DNA of 63,666 bases, filler included, from Platydemus manokwari (GCA_037951405.1; 6 parts of 6 records of this genome joined end to end with filler, not necessarily neighbours in it), one strand, 5' to 3'; counted from the first letter of the whole stretch, positions 38,534 to 51,544 are shown. Made by a program: numbers and translations. Notes: a model not told the origin generated them from the letters alone.

Positions 38534-39328
38534 ATGAATGAATTTCATATTATCTATCCAGAAAAGATTTTGTTGCAATATCAAAAACCAATACTGAAAG
38601 AAGATGAAATAAAGACGAAAAAAGATGTTGACAAAGACGTAATGCCGCTAAAAAATCAGGACCTCGAATCGAGAATTCGGGCCAGAAAATCCATGATCAC
38701 GTTTAAACACTTGGAAAATGCTCTAACATTGAAGGAAACAACTTCTCTTATTAATATCATGCTTCCTCCATTAAATTACGAACTTGATAATGTAATTTAT
38801 AGTCAGCATGTCTCTCCCATACCCAGTACTCGAGCTGACGTAATCTTGTTAACAAATTGTTTATCATCTCTCGAAAAACAAAGGAAAACGAAAAATAATA
38901 TTGTTTGTCCAATAAGACGAGAGATTTACTCTGATCTCTTTGATGAGCTTATACGCCAATTAACCATTCAATGTACGGAACGAGGTCTTCTGCTTTTGCG
39001 AGTGAAAAACGAGATAACGATGACATTGAATTGTTACCAGTGTATTACAAATAATTTCATTAGTTTTGGATGTCGACAATTCATATTGACTGAACCCGAG
39101 AAATTGGAGCGTGAAAATTGCATCGAAGAACTGACCAATGAAGTCATTCGATTAAAGGAATTAGTGAGTAATGCTAAAAAACGATGCAATTCTGTTCAAA
39201 ATTCAGTTGATAATCAACAGAATTTAATCCAAATGAATTATTCGACTAATATTAAATGGTTGGAAACCATACAAAAACAAATGAAGTTACAACTTGATGA
39301 TATAATCAGTCAGTTCAAACCTGAATAA
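38534..39328 (+). CDS. DNALI1: Axonemal dynein light intermediate chain p28 / DNALI1 family, divergent and intronless
   Basis: LLQYQKPIL, MLPP, VSPIPSTRADVILL and CPIRREIYSDLFDELIRQLTIQCTERGLLLLRVKNEIxMTLxxYQ match the p28 signature. C-terminal coiled coil. First in-frame ATG at 38534. Confidence 0.95.
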   Translation: MNEFHIIYPEKILLQYQKPILKEDEIKTKKDVDKDVMPLKNQDLESRIRARKSMITFKHLENALTLKETTSLINIMLPPLNYELDNVIYSQHVSPIPSTRADVILLTNCLSSLEKQRKTKNNIVCPIRREIYSDLFDELIRQLTIQCTERGLLLLRVKNEITMTLNCYQCITNNFISFGCRQFILTEPEKLERENCIEELTNEVIRLKELVSNAKKRCNSVQNSVDNQQNLIQMNYSTNIKWLETIQKQMKLQLDDIISQFKPE

Positions 39329-40826
39329 GTTATGTAATTGTACTTATTAATCCGTTTCGTTCAAATTATTTTTATGTTAAGCTTTAGAATTAATGTTTGC
39401 ATCTTTATTTTTAACCATTCTGACGAATATTCTTGCCTTACAATATACTCAAAACCGTTGATTATTCTGGAACGTCTCAGCAGGATACACAGATGAATAA
39501 TATTATAGATACAATAAATAATATTAAATTTTGTTTAAATAAATCAAGGTTATTAAAATATTAATAAAGATTAATTTAATAATATCACATCGACTCGTAG
39601 TGGTGTATTAAATATTTAAAAATATCTTCACAAAATGACCAATGATGACTAATAGTGATTGGTTACCTTATTATTATGATTGTTTTGTGTGTGTATGTTG
39701 AATCAATGAGTCAACTGGTATCAATTGGATTTGTCAAATTTTTCCCTGACCGATTTAATTGATCGATCTACAAGCTGTCCATAGATGTGAGGTTATTTGA
39801 AATAAACATATCGTATGGATCTTTTGTTGTCCGTTAACAATAGTTATCTATAACTAGTCAACAAACGTTGACCAATTTAATACGATTTCTTTTCGATTGA
39901 TATCCGTTGTAATTAAATAATTTAATTAAATTTAACCAGAAGAAATAAAAATTGCTGGTGAACAAATCGAATTAAAAGAGATTGAATGGAAATTATTGAT
40001 CATAATTGAAAGAATGAAGTTGATTCCAAAATTTCTTTGCGAAATAATTATAATAATATTTTCCTTATATCTACTGTAGAAATTTCTTGGTCGCTTTAAC
40101 TGCTAAATCAGCTTAGCTATTTCTATAAATATTTATATCCTTAAGATAAACCATTTTTCTCATTATTTGTTAAGATTCTTTATCCATTTTCTTCCCGAGT
40201 TCCGCGTACCATATTCGCATAAAGTGTACAACTTAAATGGTTTAAAACTAATTAAATAAAAAACTAATTCTGAGGTCTTGCAATTATTGTTCCGTAAATT
40301 TAGCAGAATAATTATTTAAAAAAACCACTAAAGAATATAATTGTCGTGTGCATTTACAAAAAGGTAGAGAAAATCTATTCTAATTTCTATTTCGTGTAAT
40401 CCATTGATGCCGAATAACAGTAATCTTATGCTTCTATAATTGCCACGGTTTAGTTTTTTTGATTTCGTGAAAAGATTATTATCAATTATTATGCTTTATT
40501 CCATATTGCTGAAAAAATATATAACGATAGAATTAATTATATCTATTTCGATTATATTTGCCATTTATATTGAATGAAATATTTCTATGTTTAGTTCTAT
40601 GTAATCTATCTTATTAAAATTTTGACCGGGTGAAACAGAATTATGTTAAATAACGCTGGTATTACTATATTATTATATATTATATTATATTATTAAATCG
40701 GATCTTGAATCACATGAATTTAATGACTGTCTAATTCTCGATTGTAATCGTAGTAAAGTTTTATGTGTTCGTATTTGTTAGTACTCCGTTTAAAGTTGGA
40801 GAATCAATAGATGTATTCATTTAGAC

Positions 40827-41143
40827 CAGCACTCTTCAAAAGGAGGGGAGAGAAATATTTCATTTTTGACACTGACTTATATTAAGACAAAATATCGATC
40901 GAATTTTAAAGATCTGGAATTTGTACTGAGACCAACAATCATCGAAATATAGCCCAGGTTTGATGTTTTATGCCAGAATATTCGAAATCGTTATTATCAT
41001 TAAATATATTTTAATTTTTTAGTGTTAAAAGAATTTTTTTATTAAGCAAATTTACTTTATTATTTTTATTTTTGTCCCTCGGAGTCACGAAAAGATTTGG
41101 ACTCGTAAAATGAGTCGCAAAGCAAAAAGTGTGAAGACCACTT
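40827..41143 (+). mobile_element. Older hAT-type MITE
   Basis: 5' cagcactcttcaaa and 3' tgtgaagaccactt imperfect TIRs, subterminal gagtcacg/gagtcgc, flanks atttagac / atttagaa (7 of 8 TSD). Confidence 0.6.
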
Positions 41144-42141
41144 ATTTAGAAGATGTTCGTAAAATATATATTATTATCAACAAATTAAACATAGTACAAC
41201 AAATTAAAATCTTTTCCAGAAAGTTTTTATTGCCAATCTTAATCCGGCATTTAAATAAAAATATTTAAATTATTTAAAAGTCACTCCATATTAAATTTTA
41301 AACAATTTAATAAAATTTCAAAATAATTTCATTCATTTTCAAATTATTATTAAATTATTAAAACCATTATTGTCATTCTTATTAAAATTCTTATTGAATT
41401 ATTATTGAATTTATCGCTTTAAATTTTCCCCACAATATTAATTAGATTAATTAAAAAATAATATGAACATCTTAATAATAAGTAACTCCAGATTTATAAA
41501 CAAACAAGGCATTTTTTTAAAGAAAACAATTTACAAAAATTAATTTCATCTACCAATAAAATTAGTTCGATGCTTTAGTCGGTTCATCTCTGTAGTAAGG
41601 GATAATCAAAGACTTTCGGGTTTTTGATTTCTATAGCAATATTCTGAAGCTTTTATTTGCAAATTGAGATTAAAAGGAGCAGATGAGTTCCTGAGTTTAT
41701 TTTGTTATGAGAATTAAGTTTAGCTAATATTATAATCGTATAATGAACATCTAAAATAATTTATAATTCTCAATATTCTACATGAACTTCTGAAAACTAG
41801 ATAACTAAATTATAATATGCTTGAAGGATAACCTTCTATGTGCTTCAATATTAATTTGGATTGGAAAAATGTTTCGAAATTAAAGTCATTTTAGGAATTT
41901 AATAATCGGAGTTTAGTACAGTGGTTTTTTCCTATTTTATCATTGGATTTTTATTGTTACTAAAAATAGTAACTATGTATTATCTTAGTATCTATCTTTT
42001 CTTTTTGTTTTAAACTTACTTTAGGAAGCTTCGTATTGCTCATATTGCTCATTCATGATAATTTATATTCTAGATTATTATTTAGATTTTATATATTGAA
42101 GATGATTAAAGATCTGTAGATTTCCTGCAATCTTATTGTTG

Positions 42142-42211
<70 letters not shown>

Positions 42212-42221
42212 TAATAATAAT
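42142..42221. repeat. (AAT)n microsatellite
   Basis: About 26 near-perfect units. Confidence 0.95.
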
Positions 42222-43499
42222 ATTTTTAGGTTAAAGATTATTTTATTAATCAATATATCTTATCAGATTGATTTCAATTTCCTGAAAGCCAACTGGATTC
42301 AATTAAATAACTCTAAAGTCGTAGACAATATTTTACGAGGACCATTTTAATACTTGTTAATAACCGTTATTAGATAACAACGATTTCATAAGATCTGGTA
42401 CCTAAGATTTTAAGATTTTACTTAATAACATTGTATTGTAATTAAAAAGTATAACTTAAAGTTATTTCTAGTTTAATAGCTATACTTCAACTGATAGTGC
42501 TTTGCTATTAAACTCTTTTTATACGAATTACTACTCTTGCAATACAAATATACTCTAAGGAGTTTATACTAGCGGATAATCAAATTGTTAACCTCATCAC
42601 ATTGTTGATTGTAAACTTAGAATGGAGTACTTTATTAATGTACCAGTTTTTGAATCAATCTATTTTAAAAATTTTAATACGTTTAATATATATACTTACC
42701 TACAAATTTATACAAGCATCTCTATCGACCAATCAAAATCATGATTAAATGAAAATTTCATTTTAACAAAAGGCAGGACATTATAATTCGATAAATACAA
42801 GAACTGTCCAATTCGAGATTGGGAAAATCAATAACCACAATTAGAATTCGAGAAATCTAGATATGGAATGAAAATTGAAAACGTCTGAAATAATAAGCGG
42901 TGAGCATGGTTTTTGCAATAAAAAATCAAACGAGTAACATAATTGTGCTTTATTTGCTTTTATTTCAAATCTCGACAATTATTTATTAACAGGTAGCCAG
43001 ATTTGATCACTTGTTTGATTCATTTTATTATGCACACGTGTTTTAATAATTATTACTGAGTCAATTGTGAATTGAATTTGGTGATAAATGGTTACGTAAC
43101 CGAAAATTGTGATTGAAATATCGAGTGAATTTTATTGTTCATGTAGAATGATTCTTCTATTCCCAGTGCTGGTGCTGATGTTTATATAAGACAGTGATTG
43201 TAACCAGTACAAGTTTAAATAAATTTGTTGGGTGTTTGTACCACTGCTCTAATTGAAAAGTGATTATTTCATTGGCTTGGTTGTGTTTCTTTGGTTTCTC
43301 AAAAATTAAAATGTCTTTTATGGGCGCTGCTGTGGTAAATTTCGATTCAAAACCATGTAACTCAGATCGGGTGATTTATATTTTTGGAAATTCTTTGAAG
43401 GATAATTAATTTCATATTATCGTTTATGAGGGCTTATATGATATTAATAATTATTATCGTATGAATGTTAAAGATTAATATTTTTGGAGTTTTCCAGCT

Positions 43500-44500
43500 C
43501 TATTATATTCGATATAAATATGCAGTACAGTGTTCCATGAATTAAGCTAATAGAATTAGCATAATTGAGAGTAATAAACATATCATTTGCTTCACGAGCT
43601 GCATGCAGCAATGACAATTCACAGGACAGTAACACATTCATAGTCTCTCCATAGATCAGATGTAATTCACGTTAGAATGATATCACATATAAAGATAATT
43701 TTTACGATTCTAAGGTCATCAAAAATATTGACATTTTGGCAGCCAATGTCTAAGTATTAATCCATTATTATTTTAGAATTTCTCGTTAGAAGGCCTTCTA
43801 ATATGAATCAATAAACGAATAAACCAATCAGTGGTCTAATAATGATTTCTGTTGCGTAGCAACAAATTTGGAATTTCTCTTAATATAATTTTGAAGAAAT
43901 GAAACCATATCATATATTTTTTTAATGATTTTAAAAAATCAAAATCCAATTTTAATTTTTTTTACAATTTTTTCATTGCTTTGGAATAATATCGATTAGG
44001 GAAAAAGTCCACAGATAAATAAAAGAAAATCATATGATAAAAAATGGAATTCATCTTCTAAAGTTCAGACATTATATTCTCTTTTCCTGCTGGAATAATT
44101 TCAGATTAATGTTTTAATTAATTTACAATGAGTTTGGAAATTTATGTCAGATAGAAGTTGAGATATTGATTTCTCTATATATATTGTTATTTGCCATATA
44201 ATAGAATTCATTATAGAAATTGGCACCGTTGATCTATTAATTTACAAATCCAACAATTAGCTCTATGATATTGGAGAAGGAAACTAGAATCTACCACCAC
44301 AGATTGATTTGTGAGAATCGTCGGTTGACAGGAATTGAGAAATTATAATTAATTTATATTGTAGCTTTATATTTTTCTGGTGGATGGACATCGATTAGGG
44401 AAATGAGTTTATTCACCATAATCTTTCGATTCCATTTTAGAAATTACGGACATACATTGGAAACATAAACAATGTTTTATAGCTGATAAACGCTGCTATC
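43500..44500 (-). mobile_element. Decayed LTR-retrotransposon RNase H/integrase remnant
   Basis: Minus-strand LSAIKHCL (cf. ELLAIxxAL, ~44480) and ICGLFP (cf. DIxGPLP, ~44010). Weak; boundaries approximate. Confidence 0.35.
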
Positions 44501-45454
44501 TGTCAGTGTTGATCGATAATTTCGTAGTATTTTGTGTTGCAATCAACTTTTAATATTATTAATTTTATTATTGCTGTACAATAAAACGAATGTCGTTGAA
44601 TATCAAATGATAAAATCCAACAAAACAAATACTGATACTAAATAAGTTTGCTAAAATTTAATAAAGATATAAATTTAAATTTAAAAGAAAGACATCTATC
44701 ATTCATGAATAACTAGAAGCAGTTATACATGCGATAAACTTAGAAAGAACGAAAGAAAATCTACTTACTCATTCATCATGATATCTATTCTAAAAAAAAT
44801 GAATTTAGGGATAAATAATTTCCGTGAATAGAGTCCAACTTATTACATGATCTCGAAATTGGCCACTCGTTAACAAAATAAAATTGAACGAAAATATTTT
44901 AAAATTCTCAAATCCTTATCAATTTTTTCTTGATAATTATTAAAGAAAGATTAATCATATTTTGATGTTGGTAACAACGCAAGAAAAAAGAGATAATAGA
45001 TAATAAATTAATATGTATGAATTCATAATAGTGTACGACACCGTAGAATAATAAACCGTTTGTGAACAACTATGTTTTGGTTTACACTGTAAGATTGTGC
45101 CGAAAATCGACACAAATATTTTAACAAAGTAGTGGTCCTTGTTATTGCACCAAATAGATAAAGCTGAAGTAAGAAATATTGTCACAAAAACTAGTGTATT
45201 TGTAAGGATTTCGTGTACGGCTATGTACTTATTGTATGTGTTGTGTTATTAGAGTAGAAGTGACAGTAATGGCAATATATGTTACTTAGTATTGGATATA
45301 CACTCATCAGTGTCTATTGCTGAAGAAGTATTGAATCATGGTTCTTGTTGATTATTGATTATTTCGGATGTACTTTATTATAAGTATAAAAAAGTGTGTA
45401 TTAAAGACAGTTTATTGATCAATAAACTTTAAGGAGATGGAGAAGAACCAAATT

Positions 45455-45554
45455 NNNNNNNNNNNNNNNNNNNNNNNNNNNNNNNNNNNNNNNNNNNNTT
45501 AATTAATTAANNNNNNNNNNNNNNNNNNNNNNNNNNNNNNNNNNNNNNNNNNNN
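45455..45554. other. Artificial assembly spacer
   Basis: 44N-TTAATTAATTAA-44N. Confidence 0.97.
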
Positions 45555-47697
45555 CTCCCTTTGGAGTCACGATTATATATTAAACTCAATAGTAAAATTT
45601 TTAAGGCTTACATAAAGGTTCTCACGGTCTCGGTGAGATAACCACAGTTAATTTGTTTTTATTATAAAATCAGTGGACGAGCTAATCTGTGTGAACATTT
45701 GTTTGCATTTTTATCATTTCGTAATTTAAATAAAGTTTGTTGTAAATCTTTCGTTGTTATATACAAATAAAAATAAAGGGACTCACGCTGTTGAGTTGTT
45801 TCTAACAGCAAACAAATAAACATCTATCACAACCCAACATAACATAATTTGGAATCCAGTGATATCCAACATTTTAATGTGAATCCAATTTAATAAATAT
45901 TAGTTCGCTATTATTATATATTATCAAAAAACAATTTAATATGTATCGTACTTAGTGAATTATTATTAAAAACAATGTACAGTTTTATGGACGTGATTTC
46001 AAAAGGTCGGAAGTTAAGCCTAATAGCACCATAACCACTACTATAATATTGTTGTTTGGGTTTAAAATTAGTTTTTTTTGTTTTAGCCAGGTCCTAGTTG
46101 AATTGGATTCAAAATAGGATTTTTGTAATGGAAGCTAGATAAAACTCGATTTTAATAATAAATAAAATTACTTGATAAATTTAAATTAAGGTGTAATTCT
46201 TACCAAAAATAATAATACACAATGGTCACTTTTAATTAAATTGTTCATCAAAGAATATCGTTATGAAATGCATTTAAATTTTTAATATAGTAATAAAATT
46301 AACTTTACTTTGTTTAGGATTTCTTGCGGACGTAAATTTCTCTCTAATTTTTTTATCGAAAGTAGTCGGTTTTATATAGTTGTACTTTACTCTTCTAACA
46401 ATAACAATGCAACATATGAACCTATGACTAGACTAAGTGTCGGTGTTTGTTTGAGTCATTTTTTTCTTTTATACTTGTTCTCTTTTTCTCTTTTCACCAA
46501 TTATCGTTTTTTGCTATTTTTATATTTTATCCATACTATTTTTAGATATTAAGCTTCTTTGTATTCCAGTTTTAGTATCTTTTAATTATTTTTTTCTATT
46601 TTTAGTATTATTAAATTTTATTTATGGATTTATTATATAATTTCTATTTTTGGAGGGTTTGGTACTTGGTTTTTTTAATTTTATATATGATTTTAATTAC
46701 TATTCTGAGGGGGGGTATTTAGTACCCAGTAATATGTTTATTAATTATTTTTTGCAAAAAATTTTGATTTATTATTAAAAACCAATCTGATGGATATCCT
46801 GTCACAAAACTACCAACCAATCACAATAGATGTCATTTCTATGATGTTAAGAAAGTTGCAAGCATAAAGGATTCGCAACAAATCTCTTCTCAAAATTCGA
46901 ATAATATATCCAAAATGTTTGGAAAAAACATTATGGTAACCAAAAAACAAAATAAGAAAATTAATATTTAAAATGATTTATTTCAGTACATTTTTACAGA
47001 GAAGTTTTCGAAAGAAAAGTAGCGGAATAGGACAAAGTGTTTGAAATGTAGTTTGTTTTCAATAATCGCTACTGCCATTGATAAGATTGGAATCAATCTT
47101 TTATTTGTAAAGATTTATATATATTCTTGGGTCAAATATTTATAAACACTAGATAACTGATGTTTCCTCCAAGAATCTGAAACTGACATATAATAAAGTC
47201 CGTGTAATAAGTCAAACAATATAATAATATACTACCAATTAAAAAATGAGAAATATAGAATATTAAAAGTTTGGAGTGTTGTTACCTGAAGGCAATTGGA
47301 AAATTGATGGAGGGAATTAAGTACCGTATTACTTCAATATAGAACAATTGAAGATTTCCTTATGAACTCTGGAAAAATTATTTAGAAATTTGTATCCAAT
47401 TACCTGCTGTAGATTTGATACGAATTGAACGAGATTGTAAATATAAAAAATTTTCATCAACGCGTTTGAAATCCGATAATTGAAAATAAAATATATAGTC
47501 CGAATGAATATTATTGTCTGAAAGTAATATCCATATACGAATACGAATACGAAAACAAAAAGCCTTTACGTAATCATAGAAAGAATATGAATTATTATGT
47601 TCGAAATTATTGTCAATTTTTTGTGGTGCTAGTTTACACACTGTTTATAAATGAATTTGATAAATCATTTCCGATCCTTGCCTCAGTGATTTATGAC

Positions 47698-47732
47698 GCT
47701 GTCATGGTAATTAACCATGTTGCCATGGTGAT
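47698..47732. promoter_or_regulatory. Tandem RFX X-box-like sites upstream of the double-RING gene
   Basis: GCTGTCATGGTAAT (47698-47711) and GTTGCCATGGTGAT (47719-47732) versus consensus GTTGCCATGGCAAC. About 435 bp before the ATG. Confidence 0.55.
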
Positions 47733-48166
47733 AAATGTTTAATATTTAAAATGTAGGTATCGTGTTAAATTTGCATGGCAAAGACAATTTATAATTCTGA
47801 AAATTTGGAATTTTTCAATTATGTGCTTTATATTATAATTAATTATTATTATATCGTAAAATTATATCTAACGAACTTATTGTCGTTATTTTAATGTTTT
47901 TATTTTTGCTTCTCCCAAATCAATGAAAATTCTATTTGGCTGAGAACTAAACTAATTCGCGATTAATTTTTGCCATCAATGATCTACGATCCATTATATT
48001 TTGTGTTGTAATCGTGTGTTATTATTAGTGTTATTATAGTGTTAGCCCATTATTTTCTTTGGATGTTTTTCCAATCAAACTATTGAATAATGCGGAAAAA
48101 TAACTGAGGCATGTCAGCACTTTCATTTGTTTATTTAATATTATTATATTATTATATTATTAGATA

Positions 48167-49699
48167 ATGAGTGATAACAATGAGGAAATTATTTGTACAA
48201 TTTGTTACGATTCGTGCGATACGAAACATTTGATCACATTTCAATGTTCTCATTCATTTTGTGCAAGCTGTGTGAATGAAATCATTTGGCAACAAACTAT
48301 CCGATGCCCATTAGACAGGAGATCTATTTCCTACGTATTTCAATCTGAAATTGAGAAGTCAATTTTTCTATACAAATATGATCTTTTAATTCAAGATCAA
48401 ATATTTAGTAAAATTAGCGAATATTGGATGGATTTCTTTTCTATTGTTTGCGACGCTTATAAACAATCGTTAGAAGCTGTAAATATATACAATACAACTA
48501 TTGAGAATTGGTTGTCAAATCATGGTAGTGTTACCAGTGATGATACAGAAAATCTCACCAACGTAATAAATTCAAAAAGAGAATTAATACTTCACTACAC
48601 AAGTCGAATTCCAAAGCGAACAGATACAATCGCAAAATTCGAATCTTTGTTGAATAATTATCGAAAGGAAAATCTATCGCCAACGGAACATAATATTTTG
48701 AAAGATATCAGCTGGTTATTTAACAGGGTTGATGATCGACCACAGTTCAAATCCCCACAATCGTCATTATTATTAGAAATATTTCAAATAGATATATCTC
48801 CCTATCTGGTTACTAATCCAGTTGATCGATATAATTATGTTCAAATAATTAAATGTGATGTTCAAAGGCATCTACAAAAGATGACGGAGTTGAAACATTG
48901 CATTACTGCATTCCTTATTTCATATATTGATAATAATAGTGAATTGTTTAGAAAATTTAGACCTGAAATCAATGAAATTGATACAATGAATTGTATTATT
49001 TGTTTTGAAACAATCGATACAAACAAGTATGGTAAATTTTCTATTTGTTGCCACAAGGTTTGTCTGAAATGTATCGATGAATTCATGATTATTCATGCCA
49101 GTTGTCCATTCGATTCTGTCACTCTTGTCAATTTAATAATACACTACGAACTAATCGAAGAATCAGTCATAAGCTTCCAAATAAATAAATATATAAATAT
49201 AGCGGACAACTCAAACAACGATTTGGTCCCATACAACTTTATTATAGAGCCAATTAATTTCATATTTGTAAAAATCGAGAATTCTGTCACTGATATATTT
49301 CAGCGTCTCGAAGAAATTCACAAAAAGCATATCCTTAAAAATATGAAAACAAAGAATTTCGATAAAAATATCTATCAAAAAGTCGAAGTCAAATTTCGGG
49401 AATTATTCATCGATAATATATCTTTGAAATATGATTTGTTATATTTGAAATACAAATTCGAAATCGCTGTCAACAAGTTGAAAACGTTAAGATTCTTAAA
49501 CATTGACCAAGATTCATTAAATCAATTGAATTTCGAAGTCAGTCATTTTCAATACACTAAAAGTGACCTGTTAAATCGCCTGTACACAACCTTACTTCAC
49601 TTTGATGAATTTCAAAACAAAATCAAGAATTCAGAAAACTGGAATCAAATGTGTAGCGCTTTATTGATTATGATATTAAACAGAATCGATATACCATAG
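48167..49699 (+). CDS. 510-aa intronless protein with two C3HC3D RING fingers (putative E3 ubiquitin ligase)
   Basis: RING1 aa 10-50 CTIC..CSHSFCASC..CPLD (48194-48316) and RING2 aa 276-316 CIIC..CCHKVCLKC..CPFD (48992-49114). Each is followed by about 200 aa of helical-looking sequence. Confidence 0.9.
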   Translation: MSDNNEEIICTICYDSCDTKHLITFQCSHSFCASCVNEIIWQQTIRCPLDRRSISYVFQSEIEKSIFLYKYDLLIQDQIFSKISEYWMDFFSIVCDAYKQSLEAVNIYNTTIENWLSNHGSVTSDDTENLTNVINSKRELILHYTSRIPKRTDTIAKFESLLNNYRKENLSPTEHNILKDISWLFNRVDDRPQFKSPQSSLLLEIFQIDISPYLVTNPVDRYNYVQIIKCDVQRHLQKMTELKHCITAFLISYIDNNSELFRKFRPEINEIDTMNCIICFETIDTNKYGKFSICCHKVCLKCIDEFMIIHASCPFDSVTLVNLIIHYELIEESVISFQINKYINIADNSNNDLVPYNFIIEPINFIFVKIENSVTDIFQRLEEIHKKHILKNMKTKNFDKNIYQKVEVKFRELFIDNISLKYDLLYLKYKFEIAVNKLKTLRFLNIDQDSLNQLNFEVSHFQYTKSDLLNRLYTTLLHFDEFQNKIKNSENWNQMCSALLIMILNRIDIP

Positions 49700-49748
49700 A
49701 AGTCCTGACTAACCCATCATTTATCATCATGACAATAATATGAATATT

Positions 49749-50300
49749 GGCTTAAGTTAAGAAAAGGGGTCATAAATAATAAATTTTTTCGTATGAGATA
49801 AATTTATAACTTAATTTCACATATAATTTCAATGTTTCATTTATTCGTATAATTCAGTTAATATCTCACTATTTCGTATGTTTAATAGGAACAAAACATA
49901 GCTTTAAAACCAAATCACAACACTCCTATATTATTATTTGAGTTTTTAAATTAAATTTTTTAAATTAGATATCGAATTTACTAACTACCGACATGTTTAA
50001 TAATATCATTGCTTATTTTATAAAATAATTACCAAAATTTAAAGTATCTCTCAATTAGCTTCTAATGTTAAAAAAGAGTCCTCGCAAATTTGAACTAATT
50101 TTAACCTTTTTTCAAATAAACACATTTTAAGAGATTTTGAGGTTCAAGTGTATTTAATTTCAAATAGCTAAAATTCTCAAGTATTTAAATAAAAAATTCG
50201 AAATACTTTTGAAGAATTTAATTAAATAAACTAGATAAATTTTTGCAATACACTCAACAAATTAAAAAAATTATTTTAGCACCTCTTCATAACTTTAGCC
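49749..50300 (+). mobile_element. Non-autonomous TIR DNA transposon (GG...CC termini, perfect 8-bp TSD; Merlin- or Mutator-like)
   Basis: Left TIR ggcttaagttaagaaaaggggtc, right TIR gcacctcttcataactttagcc, tgaatatt duplicated at 49741-49748 and 50301-50308. Confidence 0.85.
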
Positions 50301-50476
50301 TGAATATTTTATAAAATTTATATTTCTACTCATAATCTACTCATAAATAGTCATCAACAAGTGCCGAATTATTTGATAATTATTTTTTTATTTCGACATT
50401 AAGCATTACACATTAAAGACTGAACAAGGAGTGTTAATCAATACAAAAATTTCAATAAAAAACCATTTAACATCAA

Positions 50477-51506
50477 TCAATATCCATATGAAGCCGGTGG
50501 ATCTTCGCAAGAGTACTGGATACTCGGAATTTCATTATTTAGTTTCATTACTGATTTCCTGAAAATAAAAATAATATTTTTGGGAATAAATTACTTTGTT
50601 ACTGGAATTTTTCATATAACATTTTTTAATATTGTTTCAACTTTTCTTATTAAAAAAATAAAGGTGATACCTCATGCTAAGAAGTTAGATGACTAATTCG
50701 GCTATTAAATCGACGGTTTTTATTTTTAGTTATGGAGGTGTTTGTTTTATGTGTTTGATATTATTAATGGTAATTTGATTTCGAAAATCGATACTCGGCT
50801 CTACATGGGTTTTCATCTGTGTTTTATAATTTGGAGTTTCATCAGGCTGTTGTAAAATGTGCGTGTGTGCATATTTTTATCATGAATAATATTAACTCGT
50901 TTAGTTTCTGTTTGACTAATGCGAATGACTGTGTTCAAGATAAAAGGGGAATTTTGGGGGCTTCGGAGTCATTTTTTATGGTCCATTTATTTCTCACTCT
51001 TCGATTTAGAAATTTCAGCGAAATGTTGGTGAAACAACAAAATCATCAATAATAATAAATCGAAAACAGAATAAAAAATTGACATGGAAAATAATGAAAG
51101 AAACAATTAACTGCTTCCTAACCTGGAAATGCCTTTACAATAGAGAATCTTGAGCTGCTTCAATCTTCGACATCCTTTGCGAATGAAAATGAGAGATTTA
51201 TTTCTGAATGAATGAATATTATAACACAAAGACATTCTCCATCAAAGTCAACACTAACGTTATTATAATACATCCAGATACATCAATAAGTTGTAAATAA
51301 TGACAAACTCCGGACAGAAATTGAACGCTCAAATCAGTTAGCTAATATAATTGGAAAAAGATTATGTTTTCTAGAAATAAATGTAAAAACTTTACTTGAC
51401 GACATCCAGCGAGTTTTAATGAAGTCAAATAACGGCAACAAAACGCCATATTTTTTATACCGGCATCTGTGATTTGCTGAACGAATAAAATTTGATGTAT
51501 GTCATT

Positions 51507-51544
<38 letters not shown>

